Shown: positions 47,917-58,572 of the stretch, in pieces
Layout: every line of letters begins with the position of its first letter
Position numbering within the stretch: position 1 is the first letter of the stretch
Source: an uncultured Acidimicrobiaceae bacterium
Lineage (GTDB): Bacteria; Actinomycetota; Acidimicrobiia; Spongiisociales; UBA5794
Direction of reading: 5' to 3'
Assembly: GCA_947258985.1 (NCBI GenBank)
Contig: CAMYKI010000004.1
Coordinates: forward strand, 21,498 to 85,497
DNA: 64,000 bases
Notes under the pieces: generated by a model
The model's input: only the letters and a program-made list of their open reading frames with translations
Told to the model about the DNA's origin: nothing
The model's database searches: none
Program-made: the position numbers and the translations under genes

Positions 47917-50472
47917 TCACCCCCAGGCAATAAGACCCATGCGGTGCGGATTCACCAGATCCGGGTGGCGGGGCAAGACCCTGACCGTGAACCCGTGGAG
48001 GCCGCTTTTGTCGAACCGGACTCCGCGGGCTTCGAACCAGTGATCGTCGCCTGAGGCATCAACTGGTTCCATCTCAGTGGTTTTCTCCTGCCGCAACTCG
48101 CCTGCCGCATCAACCCGACCCTGATACAACTCGACCGTCACGTTGTCAGCGGTCATCCCGGCCAGGTGGACTTCCGCACGCACTGTCATCTCGTCGTCCA
48201 CCTCGATTTCGGAGGCGGCCGCGCTATCCACCCGGAGGATACGGACATTCGCCCATCCGGCAGCGATACGGGCCTTCCAGCCCGCAAGATCACGGGCCCG
48301 TTCTCCCTCGTGCGCCGCCATACGCTGCTGGCGGTTCGATGCTGGGAGGTAGTACTTCTCGGTGTACTCCTTGACCATGCGGTGCGTGTTGTACTGATGG
48401 TTCAGCTTCGACATGGCGGATTCGATCTTGCTTACCCAGCCTCGAGGAAGCCCATCAGGGCTGCGGTCGTAGAACAGCGGCACGACGTCCCGCTCCAGCA
48501 GGTCGTAGAGGGCCTGCGCTTCGAAGCGGTCGCGTTGATCGGGATCGGCAACCGGGTCTCGCCGCCCGATGGCCCAGCCAACATCGGTCTCATAGGCTTC
48601 ATCCCACCAACCGTCGAGGGTGCTGATGTTCAAAACGCCGTTGACGGCCGCTTTCATGCCACTGGTCCCGCTCGCCTCCAATGGGCGGACCGGCGTGTTC
48701 AACCACACATCGGCGCCCTGAACCAGGTAGCGCGCAACCGACATGTCGTAATCGGAAATGAACACCAGATGGCGACGGATGCCGGGATCGCGGGTTAGAT
48801 CGATGATCTGCTTGATGAGTTCCTTGCCGCCGTTGTCTGCGGGATGCGCCTTCCCGGCAAAGATGATCTGTACGGGGCGATCGGCGTCGCCCATGAGTCG
48901 TGCCAGCCGGATTGTGTCCTGGAGGACCAGGGTGGCCCTCTTGTAGGTGGCGAACCGGCGGGCGAAACCGATGGTGAGCGCGTTCGGATCGAGAACCACG
49001 TCGGCCATATCGACCTCAGCCTGTGGCGCCCCTCTTGCTTCGAGCTGCCGGCGCAGCCTTCGGCGCGCAAAGGCGACCAGACGGTCGCGGCGCCGTTGAC
49101 GAGTCCGCCACAGTTCAGCGAGCGGCACTTCGGCCATCCGTCTCCAGATTGCGGCATCGGCCGGCTCCTCCCGCCACTGTGGGCCGAGGTAGCGGTCGTA
49201 GAGATCCTTCATCTCCTTGGATACCCACGTCTTCGCATGTACGCCGTTGGTTACTGAGGAAATCGGGATCTCGTCGACGGGGTGCTTCGGCCAGAGGTCT
49301 GTCCACATTTCACGGCTCACCACGCCGTGGAGCTTGCTGACACCGTTGGAGAAGGCAGCGCCTTCGAGGGCCAGGATGGTGTTGCAGAACTCCTCCGACC
49401 GGTCCTGAGGGTTTCTCCTTCCCAGAGCCAGGAAGTCATCGATGTTCATGCCGAAGCTCGATGCGTAGCGACCCAGATACTTCTCCACCAATCCCGGACT
49501 GAAATAGTCGTGACCGGCCGGAACCGGGGTGTGCGTCGTGAACACCAGACCCCCCGCGGCCTCCTTTGCCTCAGCGAACGTCATTCCTCGAGCCTGCATG
49601 AGGCGGGTTATCCACTCCAGGATGAGGAATGCCGAATGGCCCTCGTTCATGTGATAGACCGAAGGCTCGATACCGAGCTTCTCGAGAGCGCGGAACCCAC
49701 CGACACCAAGCAGAATCTCCTGCTTCATCCGGGTCTCACGCGACCCTCCGTATAACTGGTCGGTGACCCGGCGATCGTCGACGGTATTGTCGGGATGGTT
49801 GGTGTCGAGCAGGTACAGGTCGACTCTTCCAACTCTCGTTTGCCAAACGTAGGCAGTCACATCACGCCCGGGGAACGGGACGCTCACCGTCAGAGGTGTT
49901 CCGTCCGTCTCGGTCACTCGATCTACGGGCAGGTTGTGGAAGTCATTCGCCTCGTATGTCTCCTGCTGCCAGCCCGCCTCATTGAGGCGCTGCCGGAAAT
50001 ACCCTTCTTGGTAGAGGAGCCCGACTCCCGTCAACGGGATCCCCAGATCGCTGGCTGATTTGAGATGATCGCCCGCAAGGATGCCGAGGCCACCTGCAAA
50101 GATCGACAGGCACTCGGTGATTCCGAACTCGAGTGATAGATAGGCGACTCGCAGATCTGTCTCTCCATCGTGGGTTCGCTTGAACCACGTGTTATCCGCT
50201 TCGCTGTAGGCGTCAAACTCGGTGGCCACTCGTTCGAGATGTGCAAGGAATGCCGGGTCCACGGCAGCCGCATCGAGTTGATCCTGGGTAATGGTTCCCA
50301 ACATGAGTACGGGGTTGTGACCGCTGGATTCCCACAGATCGCGGTCGAGCCTGCGAAACAACTCTATGGCGTCGTGATTCCAGGCCCAGTGCAGGTCATA
50401 GACGACTCGTCTCAAGGGCAGTAAGGCTTCCGGAAGTCGGGGCAGAACGGCATAGGTCTTGAGCGGCTTCAT
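47917..50472 (-). CDS. glgP: Alpha-glucan (glycogen/maltodextrin) phosphorylase, GT35, GlgP with DUF3417-type N-terminus
   Basis: 851 aa with a PLP-binding lysine region near TSGMKAAVNGV and the family-typical N-terminal segment (LAYLSLEFGITECL). Confidence 0.8.
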   Translation of the reverse strand: MKPLKTYAVLPRLPEALLPLRRVVYDLHWAWNHDAIELFRRLDRDLWESSGHNPVLMLGTITQDQLDAAAVDPAFLAHLERVATEFDAYSEADNTWFKRTHDGETDLRVAYLSLEFGITECLSIFAGGLGILAGDHLKSASDLGIPLTGVGLLYQEGYFRQRLNEAGWQQETYEANDFHNLPVDRVTETDGTPLTVSVPFPGRDVTAYVWQTRVGRVDLYLLDTNHPDNTVDDRRVTDQLYGGSRETRMKQEILLGVGGFRALEKLGIEPSVYHMNEGHSAFLILEWITRLMQARGMTFAEAKEAAGGLVFTTHTPVPAGHDYFSPGLVEKYLGRYASSFGMNIDDFLALGRRNPQDRSEEFCNTILALEGAAFSNGVSKLHGVVSREMWTDLWPKHPVDEIPISSVTNGVHAKTWVSKEMKDLYDRYLGPQWREEPADAAIWRRMAEVPLAELWRTRQRRRDRLVAFARRRLRRQLEARGAPQAEVDMADVVLDPNALTIGFARRFATYKRATLVLQDTIRLARLMGDADRPVQIIFAGKAHPADNGGKELIKQIIDLTRDPGIRRHLVFISDYDMSVARYLVQGADVWLNTPVRPLEASGTSGMKAAVNGVLNISTLDGWWDEAYETDVGWAIGRRDPVADPDQRDRFEAQALYDLLERDVVPLFYDRSPDGLPRGWVSKIESAMSKLNHQYNTHRMVKEYTEKYYLPASNRQQRMAAHEGERARDLAGWKARIAAGWANVRILRVDSAAASEIEVDDEMTVRAEVHLAGMTADNVTVELYQGRVDAAGELRQEKTTEMEPVDASGDDHWFEARGVRFDKSGLHGFTVRVLPRHPDLVNPHRMGLIAWG

Positions 50473-50570
50473 GAATCCCCTCCACGCGGCGCTGTCGAGC
50501 GATTACGGCTCCCAACTTAGGCGCAATTCAACCACCCCCGGCCGCTGGTCCCCCGGCGTCTCAGGCGTGG

Positions 50571-50957
50571 CTAGCGGTCGGCAACCGCTTCGACCTCGAG
50601 CTCCACCTTCCACTCGGGATCAAGTAGACCGGCCACCACAACCATCGTCGCAACTGGTCTGGCGACACCGAACAACTCGCCGTGAGCTCTACCGACCTCG
50701 TCCGCATCCGTCGGATCCGTGATGAACATCCGCGTACGGACGACATCGTCGGCCGAGCTTCCCAGCTGCTCCAAGGCGCGGATTGTGATTTCGCCGCACC
50801 TCATCATCTGATCGTACGCCGATGCGGCGACCGGCTGACCGGCCGGAGGTATGGGCGCCGTGCCCGCGACCTCCACGCGGGAACCGCGCCGCAGCCCCCG
50901 AGAGAAACCGTATAGCTTCTCGTACGGTGATCCCGATTCGACTTGTCTCCGACTCAT
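50571..50957 (-). CDS. RidA/YjgF/TdcF-family protein
   Basis: 128 aa whose C-terminal half matches the RidA fold. The stop is 4 nt into the ribF start. Confidence 0.6.
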   Translation of the reverse strand: MSRRQVESGSPYEKLYGFSRGLRRGSRVEVAGTAPIPPAGQPVAASAYDQMMRCGEITIRALEQLGSSADDVVRTRMFITDPTDADEVGRAHGELFGVARPVATMVVVAGLLDPEWKVELEVEAVADR

Positions 50958-51874
50958 ACCAATCCCTCCAACACGTGCCTTGCAGATTGCACGTCATTGC
51001 TGATTGCCGCAACGAGCTCCTCGACCCCGGAAAACTTCCTCTCTGATCGGAGTCTCACGATGAAGTCGAGCGCCAGCTCCCGTCCGTAGAGGTCACCGGC
51101 GAAGTCCAAAAGGTGCGCCTCGACCACCGACTCCGTACCACCGAACGTGGGCCGGGTGCCGATGTTGACGACAGCAGCGTGTCGCACGCCCTCAACAAGG
51201 GCGTAGGCCGCATACACACCCGATCCAGGAACGATGAGGCCGGGAGCAGTCTCCACGTTTGCCGTGGGAAAGCCGATATGCCGTCCTCGCTGATCGCCCG
51301 GCACCACCGTGGCCTGCAATCTGTGGGGCCGGCCCAGCAAACGATGTGCCGCGGCGGCGTGCCCCTCTCGCAGCAGAGCTCTGATGACCGTGGATCGGAC
51401 AGGGACGCCTTCCTCGACGATGGCAATGTCGCCAACGGTGAAGTCGTGGAGTTCGCCGAGCGCCCGCAGCAGAGCGACATCGCCGAGTTGTCGATGTCCA
51501 AACCGGAACCCGCGGCCGACCGCAACCCAGCGTGCCCGCAACGTGGCTACCAGCAGCTCCTCCACAAAAGCTTCGGCAGTGAGATTGCGGAACTCTTCGT
51601 TGAAATCGATCACCGCCGTGGCGGAAACGCCCATTTCGGCAAGTATGTCGAGGCGTCGGTCGATGTCGGTCAGCAGTCCAGGTGCCTCTGCGGGGGCGAT
51701 CGTCCCGACCGGATGGTCGCGGAAGGTGGCGACAACCACAGGGAGACCGGTGTCGGCCAGCGAGCGCAGCACCTGCTGATGACCCAGGTGGACGCCGTCG
51801 TACACGCCGATTGTCACTGCCGTCGGCTCATCCAGCGGAGTCCATGTGCGGTAGTCGCCTTCGAGGACCTTCAA
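50954..51874 (-). CDS. ribF: Bifunctional riboflavin kinase / FMN adenylyltransferase
   Basis: IGVYDGVHLGHQ (FAD-synthetase HxGH) together with a C-terminal riboflavin kinase domain (GFPTANV). Confidence 0.85.
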   Translation of the reverse strand: MKVLEGDYRTWTPLDEPTAVTIGVYDGVHLGHQQVLRSLADTGLPVVVATFRDHPVGTIAPAEAPGLLTDIDRRLDILAEMGVSATAVIDFNEEFRNLTAEAFVEELLVATLRARWVAVGRGFRFGHRQLGDVALLRALGELHDFTVGDIAIVEEGVPVRSTVIRALLREGHAAAAHRLLGRPHRLQATVVPGDQRGRHIGFPTANVETAPGLIVPGSGVYAAYALVEGVRHAAVVNIGTRPTFGGTESVVEAHLLDFAGDLYGRELALDFIVRLRSERKFSGVEELVAAISNDVQSARHVLEGLV

Positions 51875-52776
51875 GAGAGAACGACCTCCGCTGTCGCTCT
51901 GCCTTCGGCAAGGCTGTAAACGGCAAGGAGGTCACCCGCCTCATCAACAAGGCGGACCGGTCCTACAACGCCTTTCCCGGCGCCGATGGCGGCGGCAGGA
52001 AATGCCAGACCGTTGCGTATCCCGGCGGCTACGGCACTGCCGACGTCGATCTGCGGCAGGTCAGGAAGCCCTTCCCGGGGTGAGAGCACGATGCCGCGGA
52101 TAGTCCCTTCGATCACAGCCTTCTCGACATCACCGACACTCAAGGCGTCCTCAACGTGCAGCGAGCCGTTGCGAATGCGGCGAAGAGCGCTGAGATGGGC
52201 CCGACCGCCCAGAGCCTGCGCCATGTCGTCGGCAAGGGTGCGTACATAGGTGCCTGTGCTGCACACTGTCCGGAATACCACCTCGGGGTATTGCTGAGGG
52301 GCAAACTCCACGAGATCGAGGCTGTGGATCTCGATATCGCGCGCCTCCCTCTCCACCTCAACGCCCTGACGAGCGAGCTCGTAGAGTTTCTTGCCCCCGA
52401 TCTTCCTGGCCGAGACCATCGGCGGGATCTGTGCGATCGTCCCGACAAAGCGGTCCATTACTTCGCGCAACTCGGCCTCGGCGAAGTCCATAGGGTCTCG
52501 CTCGAGAATTGCGCCATCCGCGTCGAGGGAGTCTGTGGCGACTCCGAACACGGCCCGCGCCAGGTACTCCTTTGGAGCCGACTGGACGAAGCGCAACAAC
52601 CGTGTCGCCCGCTGAATGCCGACGACCACGAGCCCGGTTGCCATTGGGTCGAGGGTTCCAGCGTGGCCCACCTTCTTCACCCGAAGCAGACCGCGCAGCT
52701 TGGCAACGACGTCGTGTGACGTCCAGCCGGATGGCTTGTCGATCAACAGAAACCCGGCCGGTACCGAATCTGTCAT
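51871..52776 (-). CDS. truB: tRNA pseudouridine(55) synthase
   Basis: [17 protein letters not shown] and [13 protein letters not shown] are catalytic-Asp motifs. The start is taken at MTDSVP; the listed 94-aa arginine-rich N-terminal extension is rejected. Confidence 0.85.
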   Translation of the reverse strand: MTDSVPAGFLLIDKPSGWTSHDVVAKLRGLLRVKKVGHAGTLDPMATGLVVVGIQRATRLLRFVQSAPKEYLARAVFGVATDSLDADGAILERDPMDFAEAELREVMDRFVGTIAQIPPMVSARKIGGKKLYELARQGVEVEREARDIEIHSLDLVEFAPQQYPEVVFRTVCSTGTYVRTLADDMAQALGGRAHLSALRRIRNGSLHVEDALSVGDVEKAVIEGTIRGIVLSPREGLPDLPQIDVGSAVAAGIRNGLAFPAAAIGAGKGVVGPVRLVDEAGDLLAVYSLAEGRATAEVVLS

Positions 52777-53732
52777 GAAAGCGAATCTGCGATGGCGTCG
52801 ATGATCGATTCCGGGGTCCCGTCGGCGACGAATCCGGCAGCGTTGTGGTGGCCGCCCCCTCCAAAACCAGCGGCAACCACGCTCACGTCGACCCGTCCTC
52901 GCGAGCGCAAGCTTCCCTTGAACTTCTTGTCTCCGATCTCGCGCAACAGACAGGCAACATCGGACTCGTCTGCGATTCGGACAAGGTCGATGAGCCCGTC
53001 GGCATCCTCGTAGCGCAATTCTTCCGCGGCGAGGTCTTCCTTGTAGAGAACCGACCACACGAGCTTGCGGTCCGCATCTAGTTTGGCCCTACTCATCACG
53101 GCACCAGCGACGTGGAGATAGCCGAACGGCGCCTCCTCGTACACCTTCTGCCCGACTGCCGGCGGGGAGACGCCTGCCTCGAGCAGGCTGGCCGCTATGC
53201 GATGGACGCCGGGGCTGGTGGCTTCATACTGGAACCTGCCGGTGTCGGTAACGATGCCGGTGTAGAGCGCTGTGGCGATCTCGCGCGTGATCGGCCAATC
53301 GGCGGCGACGAGAAGCTGATACACGATCTCGGCGGCTGCGCCTGCAGCAGTGTCCACAACCTTGATGTCCCCGAACTCAGGATCCTGGGACAAGTGATGG
53401 TCGATGACGATCAGAGTTTTCGCTCGCTGCGCAATGGGCAACGCGCTGCCGAGACGATGGGGAACACCGGTGTCGACCACAACGGCAACATCCAGATCTT
53501 CCGGTACCTGAAGCGGCGGAGTCAGCAAGCTGGTGTCGAGAAACCGCAACTGCTTGCCGACCACGAACGGCTCGCCGAACGTGGCAAAGGCGGTCTTTCC
53601 GGCGTTCTCAGCGCCGGCGGCAACCGCAAGCATCGACCCAAGCGCATCGCCGTCGGGCCCGATATGACCCATGGTCACGATGGTCTCGGCGGAGTGCAAA
53701 ACGGCGACCGCTTTTGCGATGGATTCGTTCAT
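52773..53732 (-). CDS. nrnA: DHH/DHHA1 phosphoesterase (NrnA-type bifunctional oligoribonuclease / pAp phosphatase)
   Basis: DHH motifs ([16 protein letters not shown]) and DHHA1 GGGH near the C-terminus. It overlaps truB by 4 nt. Confidence 0.75.
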   Translation of the reverse strand: MNESIAKAVAVLHSAETIVTMGHIGPDGDALGSMLAVAAGAENAGKTAFATFGEPFVVGKQLRFLDTSLLTPPLQVPEDLDVAVVVDTGVPHRLGSALPIAQRAKTLIVIDHHLSQDPEFGDIKVVDTAAGAAAEIVYQLLVAADWPITREIATALYTGIVTDTGRFQYEATSPGVHRIAASLLEAGVSPPAVGQKVYEEAPFGYLHVAGAVMSRAKLDADRKLVWSVLYKEDLAAEELRYEDADGLIDLVRIADESDVACLLREIGDKKFKGSLRSRGRVDVSVVAAGFGGGGHHNAAGFVADGTPESIIDAIADSLS

Positions 53733-54088
53733 GAGTCGCCTTCCTCCTGGAGTTCGTGGAGCAGCCGGTCCATGCGCAACCCCTCGCCGATGGCGGGGTC
53801 GACACGAAACTCCAGAACCGGCGTGTACTTGAGTCTGGTCTGAGACGCGATCGCCGCCTGAAAGCGAGGTGCGGCGCTCTTGAGCGCTCGGGCAGTCTCC
53901 ACGTGTTGCTCGTCGTCGCCGATCACCGAATAGAAGACAATGGCGTTGCGCAGGTTTGGTGCGGTGTCCGCCCCGGTGATAGTCAGAAACCCAATCCGCG
54001 GGTCCTTCAACTCGGTCGCCTCTTCGGCGACAACTTCCCTGATGAGTTCGTTCACCTTGCGCATTCGATTGGATGGCGGCTTGCTCAT
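53729..54088 (-). CDS. rbfA: Ribosome-binding factor A
   Basis: MSKPPSNRMRKVNELIREVVAE... is a KH-like RbfA. GGAGAACCCGGA lies before the ATG. The listed long N-terminal extension is rejected. Confidence 0.8.
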   Translation of the reverse strand: MSKPPSNRMRKVNELIREVVAEEATELKDPRIGFLTITGADTAPNLRNAIVFYSVIGDDEQHVETARALKSAAPRFQAAIASQTRLKYTPVLEFRVDPAIGEGLRMDRLLHELQEEGDS

Positions 54089-54378
54089 TCCGGGTTCTCC
54101 AGGTGATTTACCGCGACGCCAAGCACCTCGACGTCGCGTCGTTCTCTGACGTGGCTCTCCACAGTGTGCAGGATACGGTCGAGGTGTGACGCATGCGGCG
54201 CCACGGCAGCCACTCCGAGCGTGGCCCGATTCCATAGCTCTTGATGATCGACTTCGGACACGGCCACCCCGTAGGTGCGGGCCAGATGCCCCACGAGGCC
54301 CTTGACCACGTGCCGCTTCTCCTTCAGCGAGTGAGCGTCGCGTATCCGTAGGTCGAGACGCATTACGGCTGCAAACAT
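54085..54378 (-). CDS. DUF503-family protein (YlxP-like), commonly found between infB and rbfA
   Basis: 97 aa at a conserved operon position. Confidence 0.6.
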   Translation of the reverse strand: MFAAVMRLDLRIRDAHSLKEKRHVVKGLVGHLARTYGVAVSEVDHQELWNRATLGVAAVAPHASHLDRILHTVESHVRERRDVEVLGVAVNHLENPE

Positions 54379-54405
54379 GATGACCTCGCCCGGGATCCGC
54401 CGGAG

Positions 54406-56550
54406 TTAGATGCGCGCTATCTCGCGAACCTCGAACGACTCGATCGTGTCGCCTTCCTTGATGTCTCGGAAGTTCTCCAACCCGATGCCGCACTCAAAGC
54501 CGACCGCAACGGATGGAACATCGTCTTTGAAACGCCGTAGCGAAATGATGCGGCCTTCGTAGACGACCACGCCGTCTCGGACCACACGGGCACGGGCATT
54601 GCGATTGATCTCGCCCTCCGTGACGTAGCACCCGGCCACCTTGCCGAGTCGGGGAGCACGGAAGACTTCACGCACGTCGGCAACACCGAGGAACGCTTCG
54701 ACCTCCTCCGGAGCCAGTTCACCAAGCAGCAGACCCTCGATGTCGTCGAGCAGTTCATAGATGATGGAGAAGGTCCGAATGTCGATACCGGTGTCTTTTG
54801 CTGCAGCGCGAGCCGCTGCATCCGGCCGGGCGTTGAAGCCGTAGATGATGGCATCGGAAGCCTCGGCCAGCATCACGTCGTTGGCGGTCACTCCCCCGAC
54901 CGCGCCCTGGATGACGGACACCTTGCCGTCCTCCCTCGTGATCTTCTTGACGGAGTCGCGAATGGCTTCGAGCGAACCCATTGCATCCGCCCTCACGACT
55001 ATCCGCAACTCAGCATGATCGGCGGTCCGTAGGTTTTCGAGGAGGGTTTCCAACCTCTGTGTGGCTGTCGGCACGATGTGCGTCGCCGATCGCACCAGAT
55101 GTTTCCGTTCATCGGCAAGCTTGCGTGCGGTGCGATCATTCTTGACGATCTCAAACATATCGCCAGCACTGGGGACGTCGTCCCATCCCATGACGAGGAC
55201 CGGTGCCGACGGACCTGCCACTTTCACTTGCTTCTCCTGGTCATCGAACATCGCCCTGACTCTTCCGGAAACGCCTCCGGCGACGATCGAGCTGCCCTGC
55301 TTGAGGGTCCCTCGTTGCACGACCACCGTCGCCACGGGACCACGGCCTACTTCGAGGCGGCTCTCGATCACCGTGCCGACCGCAGGGGCGCTGGGGTTGG
55401 CCTTGAGCTCCTCGACCTCGGCAACGAGTGCCACCATCTCGAGTAGATCGTCGACCCCGTCGCCCGTCAGCGCCGATATCTCGGCCGCAACCACATCTCC
55501 GCCAAGATCTTCAACGACGATCCCGTGCTGCGTCAGGGCCGCCCTGACCGCGTACGGGTCGGCGGTTTCGAGGTCCATCTTGTTGATGGCGATGACGATC
55601 GGAACGTCGGCAGCTTGCGCATGAGCGATGGCTTCGGCGGTTTGCGGCATAACACCGTCGTTGGCAGCAACGACGATGATTGCGATGTCGGTCACATTGG
55701 CCCCGCGAGCGCGCAGGGCGGTGAACGCCTCGTGACCGGGGGTGTCGAGGAAAGTGATCGTGTCTCCGTCCTTGACTACCTGATAGGCGCCGATGTGCTG
55801 GGTGATACCACCGGCCTCGCCTGCGATGACGTTCGCCTTGCGGATAGTGTCGAGAAGCTGGGTCTTTCCGTGATCAACGTGCCCCATGACCGTGACCACC
55901 GGCGGACGGGGCTTGAGGCTGGCAGGATCGTCCTCGTATTCGACGAGGTGGCGCTCAACTGTCGCCTCTTCCTCTTCTTCGACCTTCTCATCGACCAGAA
56001 CCTCATACCCGAATACCTTGCCGAGGGCTTCGAGTGCGTGGTGAGGAATGGTGCCGCCTCCCGGAACCATCTCGCCCATCCCCATGAGTTCCTTGACGAC
56101 ATTTCCGGTGCGCTCGCCGATCTCGGTCGCAAACTCGGCAACGGTGACGCCTTCGGTTACTGCGATGACCTTCTCGTCCGAGGGTTCTGAGGCCGGCTCA
56201 GGGCCCGGCTCCGTAGCCGGCTTGGCCTCAGGGACAGGTGCCGCCGCCGGCTCAGGCTCGGGCGCCGATGCGGGCTCGGGCGCCGATGCGGGCTCGGGCG
56301 CCGATGCGGGCTCGGGCGCCGGTTCAGGCTCGGGTGCCGGTTCAGGCTCGGGTGTTGGGACCGGCTCGGGCTCGGCTTCGGCCGGCGAATCCGGTGCCTG
56401 GTAGGACCCGACGACCAGGCTCTCGCCCTCTTCATCGAGTCCGGACGAGGCGGTCTTCACCTCGAGGCCCAGTTCGCGGGCGCGCTCCAGCACGTCCTTG
56501 GATTCCAGCCCAAGTTCTCGTGCTAGTTCGTATACGCGCTTCTTAGCCAA
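54406..56550 (-). CDS. infB: Translation initiation factor IF-2
   Basis: 714 aa. The N-terminus is [15 protein letters not shown] Pro/Glu/Ala-rich linker ([23 protein letters not shown]...) is encoded by 18-bp nucleotide repeats at about 56230-56350. The G-domain is GHVDHGKT. Confidence 0.9.
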   Translation of the reverse strand: MAKKRVYELARELGLESKDVLERARELGLEVKTASSGLDEEGESLVVGSYQAPDSPAEAEPEPVPTPEPEPAPEPEPAPEPASAPEPASAPEPASAPEPEPAAAPVPEAKPATEPGPEPASEPSDEKVIAVTEGVTVAEFATEIGERTGNVVKELMGMGEMVPGGGTIPHHALEALGKVFGYEVLVDEKVEEEEEATVERHLVEYEDDPASLKPRPPVVTVMGHVDHGKTQLLDTIRKANVIAGEAGGITQHIGAYQVVKDGDTITFLDTPGHEAFTALRARGANVTDIAIIVVAANDGVMPQTAEAIAHAQAADVPIVIAINKMDLETADPYAVRAALTQHGIVVEDLGGDVVAAEISALTGDGVDDLLEMVALVAEVEELKANPSAPAVGTVIESRLEVGRGPVATVVVQRGTLKQGSSIVAGGVSGRVRAMFDDQEKQVKVAGPSAPVLVMGWDDVPSAGDMFEIVKNDRTARKLADERKHLVRSATHIVPTATQRLETLLENLRTADHAELRIVVRADAMGSLEAIRDSVKKITREDGKVSVIQGAVGGVTANDVMLAEASDAIIYGFNARPDAAARAAAKDTGIDIRTFSIIYELLDDIEGLLLGELAPEEVEAFLGVADVREVFRAPRLGKVAGCYVTEGEINRNARARVVRDGVVVYEGRIISLRRFKDDVPSVAVGFECGIGLENFRDIKEGDTIESFEVREIARI

Positions 56551-56585
56551 CGGTCACCTCCGGGATATCCCATTGTTGCAGACGA

Positions 56586-57941
56586 TTAGATCGCAGGATC
56601 TTCTTCGTCTTCGGGAGTTTCTGCCTCTTGTTCTTCTTCTTGTTCGACGTCTGCCTGTTCGACAACGCCATCGCCGGCATCATCGTGTGCGGCGTCTTCA
56701 ACCACGTCTTCAACGGCGTCCTCAACGGCGTCCTCAGCAGCGTCCTCAGATGCGATGGCCTCTTCGGCGTCGTCGCCAATACCCTCGGCGCTCGCTACGA
56801 CCTCCTCCGCAGTCTTTTCCTCAACGGCGTCCTCAACGGCGTCCTCAACGGCGTCCTCAACGGCGTCCTCAACGGCGTCCTCAGCAGCGTCCTCTTGCGG
56901 CGCAGCCTCCGCAGCAGTACTCGCTTCGTCCGCTGCGGCCGGCACGCCGGCCTCATCCTCGACGTCGAGTCCTAGATCCTGACTCTCAGAGCGAATGTCG
57001 ATCTTGTACCCGGTGAGACGCGCCGCCAAACGGGCGTTCTGACCCTCCTTGCCAATGGCAAGGGAAAGCTGATGGTCCGGCACGATGACCGTTGCCACCA
57101 TCTCTTCCTCGTCCAGACGAACCTCTTTGACGCGAGCCGGGCTGAGGGCCTCCGAAATGAAGGCCCGGGTGTCTTCACGCCATTCGACGATATCCACCTT
57201 CTCGCCACGCAGTTCGTTGACTACCTGCCTCACTCGGGAGCCGCGAGCGCCGACGCAGGCGCCGACCGGGTCGACGTTCGGATCGTGGGAAAGGACCGCA
57301 ATCTTGGTCCGGTGACCCGGCTCCCTGGCTATCGCCCGGATCTCGACGTCACCATCGACCAGCTCCGGCACCTCTAGCTCGAACAGTGAACGGATGAACT
57401 CGGGATGGCTTCGGGACACGACGATCTGCGGCCCCTTGCCCTCGCCCCGTACCTCCAAAATGTAGGCCTTGATGCGATTGCCACGCTCGAGACGTTCATA
57501 CGGAATCCGCTCGGACCCGGGCATGATGGCCTCGGCATTGCCGAGGTCCAGCATTGCGTAGCGGTGATCGGAGCTCTGCACGATGCCGGTCACAAGGTCG
57601 CCCTCACGTCCGTCGTACAGATCGAACACCTGCTCGCGCTTTGCGTCGCGCAATCGTTGTGTGATGACTTGCTTTGCCGTCTGCACTGCGATCCGCCCGA
57701 AGTCTTCCGGGGTGTCGACCCATTCCCGGACGACGTTGCCGTCCTCGTCGAGTTCCTGGCCGTAGACAGTGATCTCGCCGCTGTCGACGTCGATTGTCAC
57801 TCGCGCCTCTTCGGCGGCTCCAGGTGTCCGTTTGTAAGCAGAAACGAAAGCGTTCGCCAGGGCATCCAGGATGGTCTCGACGGGAACGCCCTTTTCACGC
57901 GCCACCCCCTCGAGCGCATCAAGCATCAGATTGAAATCCAT
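56586..57941 (-). CDS. nusA: Transcription termination/antitermination factor NusA with a long acidic repetitive C-terminal tail
   Basis: NusA N-terminal, S1 and two KH domains are present. The C-terminal about 110 aa are repetitive (AEDAVEDAVEDAVEDAVE ... EEQEAETPEDEE). The start is at MDFNLM after GAGGAG. Confidence 0.85.
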   Translation of the reverse strand: MDFNLMLDALEGVAREKGVPVETILDALANAFVSAYKRTPGAAEEARVTIDVDSGEITVYGQELDEDGNVVREWVDTPEDFGRIAVQTAKQVITQRLRDAKREQVFDLYDGREGDLVTGIVQSSDHRYAMLDLGNAEAIMPGSERIPYERLERGNRIKAYILEVRGEGKGPQIVVSRSHPEFIRSLFELEVPELVDGDVEIRAIAREPGHRTKIAVLSHDPNVDPVGACVGARGSRVRQVVNELRGEKVDIVEWREDTRAFISEALSPARVKEVRLDEEEMVATVIVPDHQLSLAIGKEGQNARLAARLTGYKIDIRSESQDLGLDVEDEAGVPAAADEASTAAEAAPQEDAAEDAVEDAVEDAVEDAVEDAVEEKTAEEVVASAEGIGDDAEEAIASEDAAEDAVEDAVEDVVEDAAHDDAGDGVVEQADVEQEEEQEAETPEDEEDPAI

Positions 57942-57954
57942 TGGCGTCCTCTCC

Positions 57955-58437
57955 TCACCGCTTACCCGGCTTCGAAGCCTTTTCCCAAACAAAGATCGTT
58001 CGTGCAGTGACAACATCACCGTAGGCGATCGTTCGCTCGGAACCGTTCACATCCACCACAAACCCGTTCTCGTCCGCCTGGACGAGAACACCCCGATGGC
58101 TGTTGTCGCCATCGACCGGAGCCTTGGTCTTGACCTTGACCGCCCTGCCGACAGACTTCTCGTAGTGACGTGGCCGACGCAACTTGCGCTCGAGTCCTGG
58201 TGATGAGACTTCGAGCGTGTATGCACTCGAGATTGGGTCCTCTTGATCGAGGAGGCGCGACAAACGGCGCGACATATCGGCGAGCCGGTCCACTCCGAGT
58301 GGATCGGCAGCGTCGAGCGTGACCCTCACGACCACTCCTGGTGTCTTGCCGACGATCTCTAGATCGTCTAGTTCGACGTCCTCGGCCGCGACATATGGTT
58401 CGACGACGGCCCAAAGCCGGTCAACCGCGCCTGTCAC
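57955..58437 (-). CDS. rimP: Ribosome maturation factor RimP
   Basis: 160 aa with the family-typical LEVSSPGLERKL block. Confidence 0.8.
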   Translation of the reverse strand: MTGAVDRLWAVVEPYVAAEDVELDDLEIVGKTPGVVVRVTLDAADPLGVDRLADMSRRLSRLLDQEDPISSAYTLEVSSPGLERKLRRPRHYEKSVGRAVKVKTKAPVDGDNSHRGVLVQADENGFVVDVNGSERTIAYGDVVTARTIFVWEKASKPGKR

Positions 58438-58572
58438 CTTCTCCTCCTGAAGCTATGCACACAAAACGAGGCGGGCACAGGCCCACCTCGAGAGAAATCT
58501 TCTCCGTTGGAAAAGGGATGATAGCACCTGCAGTCGTTGACTCCAGCTGCATGTCGATTGTTGTGGCGGCGC

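Noticed and set aside
52777-53058. Arg-rich N-terminal extensions on truB, and similarly on rbfA (54089-54493), thiQ (33939-34211), GNAT (5527-5640), udk and the SDR gene
   Set aside because: In each case the extension overlaps the upstream gene in another frame. Homology starts at an internal Met or Val with a plausible ribosome-binding site.
56230-56350. 18-bp nucleotide tandem repeats (gccgatgcgggctcgggc) flagged as a possible repeat element
   Set aside because: They are in-frame. They encode the PEPEPA / PEPASA low-complexity linker of IF-2 and are part of the CDS.
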